A stretch of 63,500 bases of DNA, filler included, from Diploschistes diacapsis (lineage: Eukaryota): assembly GCA_023645945.1 (NCBI GenBank). It is 4 parts of 4 records of this genome, joined end to end, with 100 filler letters (N's around TTAATTAATTAA, not from the genome) between each part and the next. Parts side by side here need not be neighbours in the genome. Positions count along the whole stretch, not along the records: positions 1 to 15,890 come from JALAIB010000534.1; 3 more parts are not named here. One strand, given 5' to 3'. Shown here one piece after another: positions 1 through 13,317 of this stretch (the stretch's first letter is position 1; every line of letters starts with the position of its first letter). Below the pieces are notes generated by a model. That model worked only from the letters and a program-made list of their open reading frames with translations, ran no database searches and was not told the DNA's origin. Both the position numbers and the translations under genes were made by a program.

Positions 1-36
1 GCTGGAGGGCGGGGAGGATGGGGAGGAGGAGAGCAT
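1..36 (-). CDS. Possible 5' start of a gene running off the left edge (MLSSSPSSPPSS...)
   Basis: ATG at 36-34 on the minus strand, preceded by a pyrimidine-rich leader; only 12 codons visible. Confidence 0.3.
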   Translation of the reverse strand, partial: MLSSSPSSPPSS

Positions 37-501
37 GGTTTGCGATGGGGGATTTTTCTGGGTGGAGAAATGGGGACGGAGGTGTTTTTCTGTGGATGAT
101 AGTTTGGTGGGCGTTGGGTTTGGGGAGATGGAATGCAAATGGAATGTGATGGGTGAGGAAATTGGGACGTACGGAGGCTTGCTGCAGGGGAAGAAGGGGA
201 AGAGCTGTAATGGCCTCTTTGATTGTTTTTGAGGAGCGCGGGTTTCTACCTCGGCTCAATTATCTTAAGAGTTTCCTCGCATACTTACTTACTTACGTGT
301 ATCACTTGAAACTAGCGTCAGCAAACCGTGGAAAGCACTAATCTCCTCCTGAAGCCTTGACACTTTCTTTCTATACTAGTTCGTACCGCTCAAAGGCTAG
401 GAAAATCTGGATAAAGAAAAGAAAAAAAATATTGATATTTAATCAACCAGCATACCTCCCCTAAATACAATCAGCATGAGAATTGAATCAAGCAGACCGA
501 T

Positions 502-581
502 GGGACTTACGGGACTCGAACCCGGAGCCTCTAGATAGCTAAAACTAGGAGTCTAGCGCGCTACCATTGCGCCAAAGGTAC
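502..581 (-). tRNA. tRNA-Arg(CCT)-like gene with a short (~9 nt) intron; acceptor stem defective (possible pseudo-tRNA)
   Basis: Minus strand GTACCTT TG GCGC AATGGTA GCGC G CTAGA CTCCTA [GTTTTAGCT] A TCTAG AGGCT CCGGG TTCGAGT CCCGT AAGTCCC A. D, anticodon and T arms are good; 3 of 7 acceptor pairs are mismatched. Confidence 0.7.
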
Positions 582-823
582 TTCATCGAATGAGCTTATT
601 TAACAATATAAAACGTACTAATACTCATTTGTAACCAAGACCTCGGCCATCTTATGACTTTGACCTTTTGTTGCAGTGTATTTCGAGCTTAAATTATCCC
701 TTAGTATGAAGACCAGAAGAGCGCGCTCTACATTGATGCTATTTTCATGTCTCTCCGCGTGGTCGTAGCCTGGTAAATGATACTCGGCATGAAAGGTTTG
801 CATGAAGAAGAACAAGCTCACAA

Positions 824-2553
824 TCATCTAGCGAAAAGAGCAACCATCCCCTGATCCCCTACAACAACCATCCACTCTCCGCCCACGCTCCAAGCGACCT
901 GCCTCGCGGCAAAGCTCACTCTGGGCACCGTCGATTCCGCATGGCTCATGAGCTTTCGAAATGGATCATCCAGGCTGTACTTCATCGCCGCCTTTGAATA
1001 CGTCACCGTATCCGTCGTAGCCTCGGAAGAGACGATGGGCGTGTGTCCGGTTGTCGTGGAAGAAGCCACGCTTGCTTCCCGCTGCTTCGCACCGCCACGT
1101 TTCTTACCTTTGCCACTGCGACTTCGCACGCGATCTCGGAATTCGTCCGAGGCGCTTGCCTGTTCGTCCCATTCTTCGAGGGTCTGGAGGTCCCAGAAAT
1201 AGACTTTGCTTTCGTTGTTGCCAATGGCAAGGATCGGTCGCTTCATCGGGGCGTTGAAGAGGGAGAACCGGACATAGAAAGGAGGTGTCTTGGGAGCATC
1301 GAACTGGAAAAGCCGCTGGTAACCGCCGCCCCAGGCAGATCGGGTCGGGCGAAACTCGTGCGTTGTTGGTGCTCGAGATGGAGGTTCGACGCTCGAGTCG
1401 AACTCGTCTATGCGCCAGACGACGATCATGTTTTCGTTGGAGCATCGCGATATGATCAAGTCATTGTAGAAAGTGAGGCTGCAACGGTCAGCGGGTTGGT
1501 CACGGACAGAGAAAGCATAATTACCAGTCCACAACGTTCGTATGTAGCGCGCTGGTTGAGAAATGCGGGTAGTGCAGTAGAGTTGGCTTATCCGTTCCAG
1601 AGTCTTTGTTTGGAAGCTCCGGTATCACCCAAACGTTGACAACGTTATCCATGCCTCCTGTAAGAAGATACCGGCCACTAGCGTGAAAGGCATTTACAGT
1701 AAATTAGCTTTGTCGGCCACGAAGCTCAATGGTTGAGCAACTCACTAGGCTCAGCAAGCCCTCCCTGTGACCTTCACCGCCACATATGAGAATGCACGGC
1801 TGCTTCTCATGCTTGGGGTCGAGGCTCCAGAATCTAACTGAGTAGTCCAAGGAGGCAGACGCAAGTATGGCTGGTGATAATGGCGACACGGCGAGGTCGT
1901 TGACTTCCTGAAGCGCTTCAGTCTCACATCCACACTTGACATCTATCCAGTCAAGTACCTTTCCGTGACCGATCAACGTCTACATGGTCAGTAAGTTGAG
2001 ATTCAGCGTAAGCCCTAGCAACTCACCTTCACCAGCTTCTTCTTCCGCACGTTGAAAATACTAATCGCAGCCTGCTGACCTGCTACGCATAGTAACGGGT
2101 CTCCCGTTTCAAGGTCTTGAGACCAGACACAGCTGTTCAAGCTCGCATTGGGCTGAGATCCACTCAGCTTGATGGCAGAACTGTGCAAACAGCCCTTTCA
2201 GAAGCTTACATCGTCATCATGGAACCACGCAAGGACCTCTATGCCTGCGTTTTCTGATGTGAGAGGCCGGCATACAAATGTCTGCATGATCAGTTGACGG
2301 CCATTGTACCAGTAAATTGAGATATTACCGTACCTCGCCCTTGCCGACTACGGCGAACACCGGATCGACTCCAGCTTCGGTGTAGGGATAGAATTTGCAG
2401 TCAAAGAACGAAGTGCTTTCGTCGGATTTGCTAAGTGACTACTCTGCTCAATCTATGCACAAAGTACCCAGGTATGGTATGTTGAGGCTTACGCACGTTT
2501 ATTCGGGCAAAGGACTTGAAAACAGGGAACTGAGAGGTGAACTGATGAGCCAT
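824..2553 (-). CDS. EED: WD40 Polycomb PRC2 subunit EED/ESC (multi-exon)
   Basis: Spliced exons give MAHQFTSQFP..., FFDCKFYPYTEAGVDPVFAVVG, TLIGHG.EVNDLAVSP...LASASLDYSVRFWSL, GHREGLLS, GRYLLTGGMD, FYVRFSLF, RQVAWSVGGEWMVVVGDQG, which are typical of fungal EED. Confidence 0.9.
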
Positions 2554-4029
2554 GGTGGAGAAGGTATCACAAATGTAGTTGGATGGTCTAGCATGATGAC
2601 CTGCAAAGTCGGATGCAACTGAACTTGAACTTCTGGACCAGGTGGCTAAGCAATGGGTAATTCGAAGATAACTGGAAGTATGTGCCTACGCACGCTTTGT
2701 GGGACGCGTCTTCTTCGTCTTCTTCGTCTTCTTCGTGGAGGTTGAGTTTCCTCAAATATGTATATATATACTGGGTACCTAGCTAAGGGCGACTCCCACC
2801 ACTTTTACAAAATCGATACATTTAAAACGACTGTTCAAGCATACACTACTAGGAATCTTGATCACCCTATGCCAAAACTGGAGGCGATTCCAACTTAACA
2901 GAACAGCAAAGTCGCCTTTAAACCTTTTATTGTGTCGATTGAGCGGAGCGGAAAATATATTCACCCGAAGTGCGGGAAGAAAAGGCGCTCTTGAACGAGA
3001 GCATCGTGCGCTCTTGACTTCCTTCACTCACAAGTTTGAAATCTTCCCAGGCTGTTGTAAAAGACCTGTCCGCTATTCAATGTTGCAGGGAGCCGCTCTT
3101 GCGCAACCTAGCAACTGTCCTCTCACCTCATCCCGTTAGAGCAACGCTATCCTTCGAGACCAAGATTCTCGGTATCTGGCTCCTCTCCTATTCGCGGCTT
3201 TCTTACTGCTCATCTGCTGTCTAGGTCCGATGTCATCATCATCTACCTTTGGATACCATCCGCCTCTAGTGCGTCCAAAACTCGTAGCTACTTGGGATGA
3301 GCCTCCTACAATCCCGAAGGCCCAGAGAGTTGGTCCTAACAAGCATGGACATGGAAACCCGTGCAAATTGGAAAATTCAGCGGCATACTGCAGAATCATC
3401 GATTTTTGAAGTCTAGCAGATGCAGGTATCTGGGAGTTAGCTTGGGTGCTCTTTTGTACCATGCTCGGCAAGCCCTTGAGATGGCCAGTAAAAGGATATA
3501 GCCAGGAATCAGTCGGGAATGCTGCATATCTGCGCCGCAGTGCACCCGAAAACATTCAAACGGTTGTCCCATCTTCCTCAGGCCATAGATACTAGTAGCT
3601 TCCTAGTCGCCAAGGTATGAAGAGTGCAGGCATCCTGAAATGGGCCGCAGAGATAAACAAGGAACGACATGTCACAGTGCGTCCTGCCAAAGTGGGCATG
3701 GCGCAGGTGTTGCGTTGTTCCCCGGGTCGTTATCCCTCCTCGCGGCTGTACAACAATCGCCGCTTAAGTGTCTGTAGCCGTCGTATGAATCGAGCCGGAT
3801 CGGGGAAGGACCCGAAATTGCGCTTCAATCACTAGCATGAACCTTGTCGACAATAGAGGACAGAAAACCATCTTTTTTACGTACGGATATCGCAATCCCA
3901 AGCTCAAGCGTAGGACGACTCGGAGGATCAAGCGTGCTGACAAGGCTCGGGCATAGGGTCCGGGCCTGTACTAGGCATATGAAAGAAACCATGATTTGCA
4001 TGCAAGTGCTTTAAGAAGTTGTGCTCTAG

Positions 4030-4090
4030 GAAGGGGGAGGGGAGAGGAGAGGAGGGGAGAGGAGAGGAGAGGAGAGGAGAGGAGAGGGGG
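4030..4090. repeat. (GGAGA)n purine-rich microsatellite
   Basis: Tandem pentamer run visible directly. Confidence 0.85.
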
Positions 4091-4326
4091 CCCCGCGGTA
4101 CAAAGGCTTGGAATGCGGTCGGAATGCTAGTGTAGTAAGTAGCCTTCTATGTATCTGTCTATCTATCATCGAGTGATGTAATTGCCAGCTAGCTAAGTAT
4201 TTTCCCCTAACGCTTATCATCCTTGCAGGGCTCGGCACAGGACACAAAGAGACGAGGAACACCATGGCCGGTTACGACGGCGACAACCAAATGTCACCAA
4301 CCTAATTTTTTTCTGTCAACTTTTGC

Positions 4327-4370
4327 TGCCTCTTGTGCCTCTTGCCTCTTGCCTCTTGCCTCTTGTCTCT
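4327..4370. repeat. (TGCCTCT)n heptamer tandem repeat
   Basis: About 6 near-perfect copies. Confidence 0.8.
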
Positions 4371-5610
4371 GCCATCACTACGCCTGGTCGGGTATAGACT
4401 TTCGGCGCTGCCGTCTGAACTGATTTCGTTATCGATATTGGATGTACTTGGAGCCCAGCGGCTAGCTACTTTGCCGTTCCTGGATACCGGGTTTCTCATA
4501 TGAGGATTGCCGTCCTACCGTGACCAAGGACTGCACTACTACAGCCTTCCGCCCAATAGCTCAACGAGTCGGACGCACAAGCTTCCAGCAAAGGAAGGAA
4601 GCCACTCTCCTCGGTCTTGACCATTTCAGACCTGTCATTGCCTTTCGCCCTGACTGCACTCTGTGATCAGTCGCCATTTCCTTTCTGCCTACTGGCTGGG
4701 CTCGGCATAGTACGAACGGCAAGCCCATAAGCTTTTCTGAACGGCGTAGCCTTTGATTGCCACCGTTCCCAAATCCAAAAAATATCGCTGCCAGAAATTG
4801 GGTCTTTTATCCCGAACCATAGTCAGTAACCCAGCGGTCGTCAACAACCATCCACCGGGACCCTGCTTGTTAACCAGATGTCCCTTTGTTTCCGTGGGGA
4901 GCCCCTTGCTGATGCTGTATGACACAGATCCATCGCTCGAGTGCCTCGTCATTTACAGCTGAGGAGCAATATCTCATTGGCTCAGGTAGCTCCAAATTGG
5001 CCCTTTACGACAGTTACGCCGGCATAGGGTTTTGAATAGCCGCTGTTGCCCAGCTCCTCAACGGGATACTTTGATTTGCAGGGGCCTAGTCAACCTTTTG
5101 GCTTGGTGCTCGTGCATGAACATAGCTGTTCAGCAGAGTGTTTGCAGCTTCAGCAAACCTCTATGGGCCGATCAAGTGGTAAGTATTATCTTTCTAGGCG
5201 ACTCTGATTTAGGAAAGCTACACAAAGACCACGCGACGGACGTCATGCAAATAACCTAACCCGCAACCCACTGTGAAATATAGTACATTGAATATTACTT
5301 CTGCCTTCATTTGTACTACTTCGAGCTTCGCAATCACCGAAAAGTGGGACTGCAGCGTCACTTCCCATTCTAGGTACATCGCAGGACGTGCGATATATAA
5401 TTGACCTATGGAGATTCCTGTTGGCCAGATTCAGATTCTTCAACCTCCACTAAGGGCACTTCAGAAGACGACGGTTTACGTCGCTATTCTTCCGTCTCCA
5501 CGTTGCATCTCCTAGGCCTCTGTACCTTACTATCTTGTGCTCGATCGAGTTTCCATCTTCAAGACCATATCTGGCGCTGAGGACTTCTCGCGAGTCCCTA
5601 CCAAACAACG

Positions 5611-7207
5611 ATGGACACAACATTCATCACTATACATGGTATGTCGGAATGCTGCTAGGGACAGGGCCTTTGTCGTACTCTTCTAAGATTGAATAGATCT
5701 CACTCTCGATGCCCGTATCCTGTACGCCTCCGACTCGATTACAGACATATTGGGATACCAGCCTGAAGAGGTTGTCAACAAGTCTTGTTGGGAATATTTT
5801 CATCCACAGGAAATACCATTCGCTCAGGCTATCCATGGACGCGGCATCCAGCTTGACAAAGCGGCCGTGCTGAGTTACTGTCAAATCAAGAGCAAGCGTA
5901 ACCATTGGATAGGCTGCGAGTGTGTTTTCACCGTGGTTAATGACATCCTGCTAGGATGCACAAGCATCTACAGGGAAAGCGAACGAAGTTTAAGTACGTA
6001 TTCTACGTAACGATTCAAACGATGAAGCTGATAGTTCGTGCAAGGACGGGCCAAAGATGCACCGATCATCCGACAGCTCTTTTCTTCTTCACCAAGGGAC
6101 CCTCGATATCATATGCTTTCATACATATCGTCGAAATTCTCTTCAGGCCCCAAACACCACGTTCACGAGCCTCGAGCAGCTCTTTTTTTGAACCGGTTCA
6201 CTAGGACTCTTCCAATCATGTACGCTACCAACGGTTTGGAGAACACGCTCGGTGTATCTTCTGCTGAGCTACAAAATAAAAGCTTCTATTACTGCATGCA
6301 GGAAAACTGTCTACCAGAGGCGATAAGGGTGCTTGAAAGCGCTAAAGCGAACGACTCGATCGCCTACCTTCGATTTTGGTTCCGAGATCCTAGATTAGAC
6401 GATATGAATAACCAAGACGAAACCATGTCAGAAGCGCCCAGCACTGATAACGATAACGATGACGACGATGGCGGTGTTCGATTAACGAACGGAATGGACA
6501 CCGATACGAGCGACTATGCTGCTCGTAGTTCCTCATCCGGGTTTACATCATCGCAAGAGCAGAATGGAACGTCCCCATCCAGGAACGGTAGCAACGGCCA
6601 ATTCGCTCATCCCTCGGATTCTTCAGGCTCAAGTAGTAATGGCAGTCGGCCTTCAGCAATATTCGACCTTCCTGCAAGGGCAAATTCCTCCGCATCGTCA
6701 TTGTCCGGCCAACTCTCTGATGATGAGAGAAACCACCATCGGGATATCGAGCTTGAGGCTGTGGTGTCATGCACCTCCGACGGCCTGGTGGTGATCTTGA
6801 GAGCCGCTCGGCCGTTGGTTCTCGATTCAATTCGCGCACCCTCTCACATGAACGAGCCTCGTTACAAGAACGGTTTGTTTGCATCACCGTGGGCTTCGGA
6901 ACCCATTATTCCGACGCAATCGCCGCGCATCGACGAGATCAATCCAGCATATAGGGCATCAGGTACCCCTGCACTTAACGGGAATGGCCAGCTTATGGGC
7001 ATGAACAAGCCTGGCCCACCGACCGAGGACTTCATGGACTCGATCCGCGATGTTGCAGTCTTTGCTTGGGCTCTTACCGGCATTAATGGCTGTTTGGCGC
7101 AGTACAGCCGAGGAACACCTATGCCAGGTGCGCAGCCGTATGGCGGCATGCCTGTGTGGCAGCGGGACGTCTCAGATGGAGGTATGGATGCTGACAGTGA
7201 GTCTTGA
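5611..7207 (+). CDS. Conserved fungal PAS-domain protein (3 exons)
   Basis: MDTTFITIH | DLTLDARILYASDSITDILGYQPEEVVNKSCWEYFHP (PAS fold), second PAS-like segment EPRAALFLNRFTRTLPIMYAT...ESAKANDSIAYLRFW; GT-AG introns at ~5639-5697 and ~5994-6045. Confidence 0.85.
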
Positions 7208-7969
7208 ATAATCGAGACCTGGATCTTGGTCACTGACCTCCCCTAGTGAGCGGATCCTCTTATCGATGATGTCGGGACGCATACAACGGGGAAGGCCATA
7301 TCCATTCTCTATAGGCCCATAAAACTAGATATGACTGTTTTTATACGGTCAGTTGCTAACACTGGTAGTGTCGCAACTTTCGGACACCTCGCCAAGTCAC
7401 AGGGGTGCGGCGTTGGGAGGTCAAGCATCAAGGATTTTGCATAGGGCATGGAGGATAGCATCGGGAAAGGGTGACGGGCCAAGGTGCTACGATTCACGAC
7501 CTTAGGGGACAAATTGTGGATAGGCAGAGTAAATGAATCAGTTGGCGTTGGTGTTTTTTTTTTATACTTCATCTGATATCACGATTTAATGACGCAGATG
7601 ATGGGGTGTAATTATACTTGATGCGCATACCGGAGTCGAGATCTTCGAGTATACCATGAAACCGCCCGCCATTGACCTAGCGGCAATAGAATCCGAACCT
7701 ACATGAACTGAACAGGACCTCCATCAGGTCCTGTGCTGTTCATACTAAAGCTAGAATACGTGCTACCTTATTTGCTTCGTCTGCTCTTACTATTTATTCC
7801 CTTGCATGTGAGAAGCCCGCTTAGTCATCGTATAACCCGCCTGGTTCGCCGCAAGCCAAGGCCCTCGTTCGAAACGTCTTCTAAGTTTCATCTTCGAGAG
7901 CACAGCGCAAAAAGAGCGCCCACGTACATCCTCGACCCAAAGCAAACGACTGAAATCCCAAGTCTCATC

Positions 7970-8962
7970 ATGGCCAATGGGTACGTCCTTTCCTCCCTGC
8001 CCTTTCCTTCGCGTCCCGTACAATACCTCCACCGCAAAGCTGCCATCCCAGGACTTGCCCCATCCGACATCCTTGCCGACCGCCAGCTTTCAACTGCACT
8101 AACCCGCGATGGCCATCCCCTTCGTCCATCCGGAAGAATCACTGTGCCCCACCTAAAAGCCCCTTTCCTGCGCTCTACTCTGCTGTTCTATCGCTTATTT
8201 GCTTCTGCCTGGCTGATTGTGCTAACGATGAGTGTTGGATGGGCAGGTGGAGCATCCTGATCGGCCTTGTGGTCGTGGTCGCCATGAGCGGCGCGGTGTG
8301 GGTGTTTAGTCCGAAGGGGGAGACGCGGACGTATGTTTGGCGTTGTTTCCTTTTTTTTCTCTTGGTTGGCTGGCCCTCTCGCTTGGGACTCTTGGGATGC
8401 TTGGGGATCTTGGGATGCTGGGGAGGGTCCGGAGTTAGGAAGGAGGTGGGAGAGCTAGGAGGTAGCGGGGTGGTGGGAATAAAATGCTGGGAAGAGAATA
8501 AACCATTTCGACATCTGGTGGGAAAGAGAGACCTTGCATTCGAGGGTGATGTGCAGCGCGGGAGTCGAGGCCAGGAGGAGCATGGGTGGTGGAACTGATG
8601 CTGGCTCAACGCACGGCATCAGGAGATGGATACTTTATTTCCCACATACGCACGCTCATCGCACCCACTTCTTCTACCCGACGTCTTTCCCACTAAAAGA
8701 TATAGGTTGCTGACTATCTTCTCCAAAATACAGAATCTGGCGCTCCACCCTCCTCCTCTCCTTCTCAGCCTGCTACATAATGTGGGGTAAGCACAACAAC
8801 TCCACTTCCCTCCCCTTCCCTGGCTCCCCTCAACAAGAGATGAACGAATGCGATGGAAAGGCTAATCCAGAGGTAGCAATCACCTTCCTCGCCCAACTCA
8901 ACCCCCTCATCGCGCCCAAGAACAACAAGTGGCGGCCGGGCCACACGCCGGGCAGCGAGTGA
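7970..8962 (+). CDS. VMA9: V-ATPase V0 subunit e (4 small exons)
   Basis: Exons join to MANG|WSILIGLVVVVAMSGAVWVFSPKGETRT|IWRSTLLLSFSACYIMW|AITFLAQLNPLIAPK..., including the W.ITFLAQLNPLI signature. Confidence 0.92.
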
Positions 8963-10531
8963 GGGAAACAAGAAACAAAATGAAAAGGAGGAGAGAGAAA
9001 AGCAGGGAGGGAAGAGAGGAGGGGGGTTCTGTATACTGGGAAACCTTGTGGGGAGGAAAAAGCAGCAAAAAAGATCAAAGACGGCTGCTGCTGCTGCCGC
9101 TGCCTTGCCGGCGGTTATGTTGCACTGCGTTTGCTATCTCCAAGCGGCAAAAGGCGTGCTAGAAGTGTACACATGTATTGCTGCCTACGACTAAGCCAAG
9201 TGGGAAGAAGAAGAAGAAGGGCCATGCTTCTTTCGTTGCTATTGCTGGTGCTTTTGCGAGAGCGCCCGAGTAGGGGCAGCGGCAAGACGTGCCCGCATGC
9301 ATTGGCATACTGTTGGGCATTGCGAGGCGCTTGGTATTGGGTTCTTTGGTCTGGTTTTTTTGTCTTCGTGTGTCAGTTTTGTGGGGGAAACCGGAACAGT
9401 TTGGAGGGTATTCGGTTGTTTCAATAAACTGTATCCTTTGGGATTGAGAGACTACGGACATACTTGCACCGATTATTCTCTCGTGTCCCACGGCCATGCT
9501 GTTCAGCCAAAGCACTAATCATGGTCAAGCCAAGTCGAGACCTTGGGCTAGCCTACCGTGAGCAGTGGCACTGCCCCGTTGTTCCTCCTCGAGGCGACTG
9601 GTCCTGCACGCAGAGAAAAACGAAAGGGCTCTCACTCACAGCCAAACACAGGGTCTAGCTCCATTTACTTGGTTTTTGCTTGACCTCGATCGCTCGATCG
9701 CTCGCTAGTTTACTTTTATAGTACAGCTGTGCAAAAAAGCGTAAGCCTTTCTCGCCAACTTCCTTCCCATCTCTCCGGTCCGTGCGTCAAAGCAGAGGTC
9801 AAGATGGACCAGCCGAGGAGCTTCAAGCCAGCCGCAGCGTGTCCCCGCCCGCACTTCTCGGAAAGGCACGATAGGAAGTAGTAAAATGTGGATATAAAAA
9901 TGGAACATGAACGCCAGGCTTGCTGAGCTCACCTGTAGCACGCATTGGGCCCCGGAAACGCATCCGTACCGTTAGCCCCAATGTAAGAAACCCGTTTGAT
10001 ATCCACCATGGCGTTGGTCATGTGTTTCCGCGTCCCGCGTTCCGTGTCCCGTAGTCCTGTATTCCTAGAGTCGAGTTTGTTCCATTGCATAGACAATGAT
10101 GACCATTGATCACTTGCAAGAGAGAATGAGATCTGTGCTGTCATGTCATTCAACCTGACACGCGCGCCTTCCATTGCCAAGGCATGCAGACGGTGTGAAA
10201 TTTTGCACTTCATTAGCACGCCCGTTCCTCGTCAAGTAGTCGTAATTCAGGTCGTGAGGAGCCATAATAGATGATAAGGAAAGAAGTGGTATCGTAGAAC
10301 GGCTATGGTGTTAGAAGAAGGAAATGTCGCCTCAGACACGATGCTTCGTAAGAAACATGCTCCTTCCAGACGGTATTACTGGCCCATGGTGAAGAGAAGT
10401 CGATGATGCATAGAGAAACAAGGGTAAAAAGGACGTTCCTATATGGTATAAATGAATCGAGGCGTGGATGGCAGCATTGGCTTCGAGTGAGCCCTGTTAA
10501 TCTGAAGGTGGACGTCAAAGTTACATGACAC

Positions 10532-13317
10532 CTAGATCGCTCTGCCGATACTACGGATATCTCGAGGATTTTCAAAGGGGGTAAATGGGCGACTTGGCTC
10601 TGAGATGTTTTCTTGTACCCCAACGCCTCTGCAGAGGGGACAAGAGTTACGGCCGCGAGTGAGCCACTGTAATTCACGATCAGAGCTGGTTTCATACGAG
10701 TACGATATCTTGAAACTTACCTTATCGACGCACTCTTGATGAAAGATGTGATCACAGTCGACAATCTTGCGAATCTCCTCACCGATGGTGTAGTGGCAAA
10801 AGCAGATGCGGCAGTCGATGGCCATTGGAAGGCGTAATGTGGTAGGAGCGTTCACGCCAATGGCTTCGAAGCTACCATCCTCGAGTTGAGTGTGGACAAT
10901 ATAGACACCAGGAGCAGCGGCGACAGCTTCTTCACTGGCAGTGGGTGGCTTTGCTGGACCTGCTAAGGCTGCGAAGTTTAGTAGGTCTTCGTAGGTGGGA
11001 TTCTAGATAGATCAGAGGCGTTAGTGTGTGACTTTTCTAGAGATGGGGCTCCTTTCAGCAGCCTTCGCCATGTACGACGAAACGTGTCACCTACATCGCT
11101 GAAGATTGTACTTCCATTTAAAGCAGGGTGGTCTTCCTCAAGATTGGTTCCAACCACATAGATCATCCAACTTCTTTGACCTTCGGGAGCAACGATGCCG
11201 TTGCGTCGAGAGTCTCTAGCTCCATTTTCACGGTGCCTGTTGGCTTCCGAGTCGCTGCGACGGCGGGCACGAAGGCCACCGGCCCCCTCGTTGGGATCGC
11301 TTTGAGCAGGGGAAGGCACGTTACGGCGACCCCGAAGCAGTGACAGCAAGCGACGCATTTCTTCTGACTGCTCGGCAGAACTCCGAGCTCGACTTGAAGT
11401 GGTCTCACGAGAAGGCACCGGAGAAGAACTGAGTGGCCGAAGTGAAGCGGAAGGCGGTGAATGATGTCCAGGAGATAACGCCGGTGCACTGAGGATATCA
11501 GATGATAGTGACGCTTGATCAGAAGAAATTGAGTCTATGTTTGACATCCATGCAGGTAAAGGTCGTCGAGCCTCTTCCGCTCCCTCTCTGACTGCCATAG
11601 AGCTCTGGGGACGAGATGAGCGACGGCGTGATAAACGAGACCTTCCAGTAACACTTCTCAGAAGACTGCTGCCGAGACCAGCGCCTGAAGGAACTGTTCT
11701 AGGGAGGTCAGAAAGATTCAATAAGGTATCCAGCCCAGTTCCTACTGCTTCGCTTCTTTCGCGATTAACAGTGGATGATGGAACTGAACGCACGCCGACT
11801 AATACGACGGTAACGGTTCTGCTTCCCATAAGTTCCTGTGCGTTGATAGACGCCTGCTCTTGCTGCGCTTCACCCTCGTTTATGATTTCTTGATTATTGG
11901 CAAACCTAAAGACTCGCCAGAAATTAAGGGGAGAGGCCCCATCGTTGTTACGATTATCTCGTGGAGTACCATTTGGTTGGCCGGTAGCATTGTTCAGTTC
12001 TTCGACGAATGCGTTCAACCCTCCATCGAAATGGTCTTCGCCCATGGCTTCGAGGTTTGCTAACGCATCCGTAGTACCGGACAGCTGAGCTGCAATTGCT
12101 GCTGCAGCAACTTGCAAAATCCTAGCTAGTGAGGTTTCATCGTCCCTTCTAATAAGTCGACTGGATCTACCTTGAAGCAGCTGTGGAGTTCTACGTCTTT
12201 CCCTGGCATCGTGTCCGGCTAAAACCGTTTGCTCTGCTTGCTCTTGGGGTGACAGCAACGAAGCGGAAGGATTCTCAAGCAGAGCGCCCAGCGATTCAAG
12301 GGGTGTACTTCCAGTGGCGTCTGAAGCCCGACTTGCCGGTTCATCGTGGTCGATATCTGGACTCTGCGATAACCTGGAGGGAATCAAATTATCCGCGTCG
12401 TCTGCTTCCCTTGACCTAGTGGATCGACGAGGCACGGCCAACGTCTGAGGGTCGCTATTAGCTTCGTGATAGCTACTTCTAAACAAATTCTCAAGGGGCC
12501 CAGAAATCGACTGCCGAGCCCTTGAAAGACGTGACCGTCGTCTAAAATGTGGTGGATCCTGTGTACCTTCTTCGGGTCCACGGAGAGTGGCTGAAGAGGG
12601 AGCCGCTGCGTGGCCAAAAGAACTGACTGTTCCATTCTGATGATCCGTCTCCCCATCTTCTGCATGCAGTATGGGACCTGATATTGGCCCAAGGCGTGCG
12701 CTGGCGCTTGTGCGACTATTGGCTCTGAAAGGCCCTCGAGAAAGATGATTCAACACAGAGAAACGGCGCCGGATGCTACTTGAGCCTAGCTCTGCTGTGC
12801 TGCCTGAAATAGGTCCATCCAGGCTAGGAGATGGTGTATCGGTGTTTTGATCAAGGCTCTCGAAACGACCTTCTGGTGTCTGACTCAATAAAGAGTACCT
12901 CTGTCGGAACCGCAAGCCCAATCTCGATGTGACCGAATGCGGTCGGGGCGTTGGAACTATGTTATCATGAATCGATGTATTTGGTGTCTGAGACCCCTCT
13001 CGCCGCACGAGTGGCCGCTCTTCCGACTCAAATGTACTGATAATTCGACTTGTGGAGGTCCTCTCTTCAACAAGGTTTGAACCGGCCGAGGACAAATGTA
13101 CTGATGCTGGGCGACGAAATGTACGAAAAACTCTTGCTAAATGCCCCGAAGTTTGCGTCGAGCTACTCTCGCCGCCCGATAAGGGCCACTCCTCTCTAGG
13201 AGCCTGACGGGTGCGTGACTCCGGCCTGTCCGTTGTCAAAGAGATTGGAGATGTTACTTGGTCCACTGCCTCGCGACATCCATGCTCACCCTGCAAAGCA
13301 GAGCTGCTTTGACCCAT
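10532..13317 (-). CDS. RING-H2 finger E3 ubiquitin ligase-like protein with a long disordered N-terminus
   Basis: 779-aa ORF plus exons giving NPTYEDLLNLAALAGPAKPP...CRICFCHY...DCDHIFHQECVDK|WLTRGRNSCPLCR (C3H2C3). Confidence 0.9.

Noticed and set aside
2700..5500. Short ORFs in the EED-PAS intergenic region
   Set aside because: No recognisable motifs or exon structure; likely promoter and UTR sequence
7981..8733. Long VMA9 introns as possible snoRNA hosts
   Set aside because: No convincing C/D or H/ACA box pair with a terminal stem
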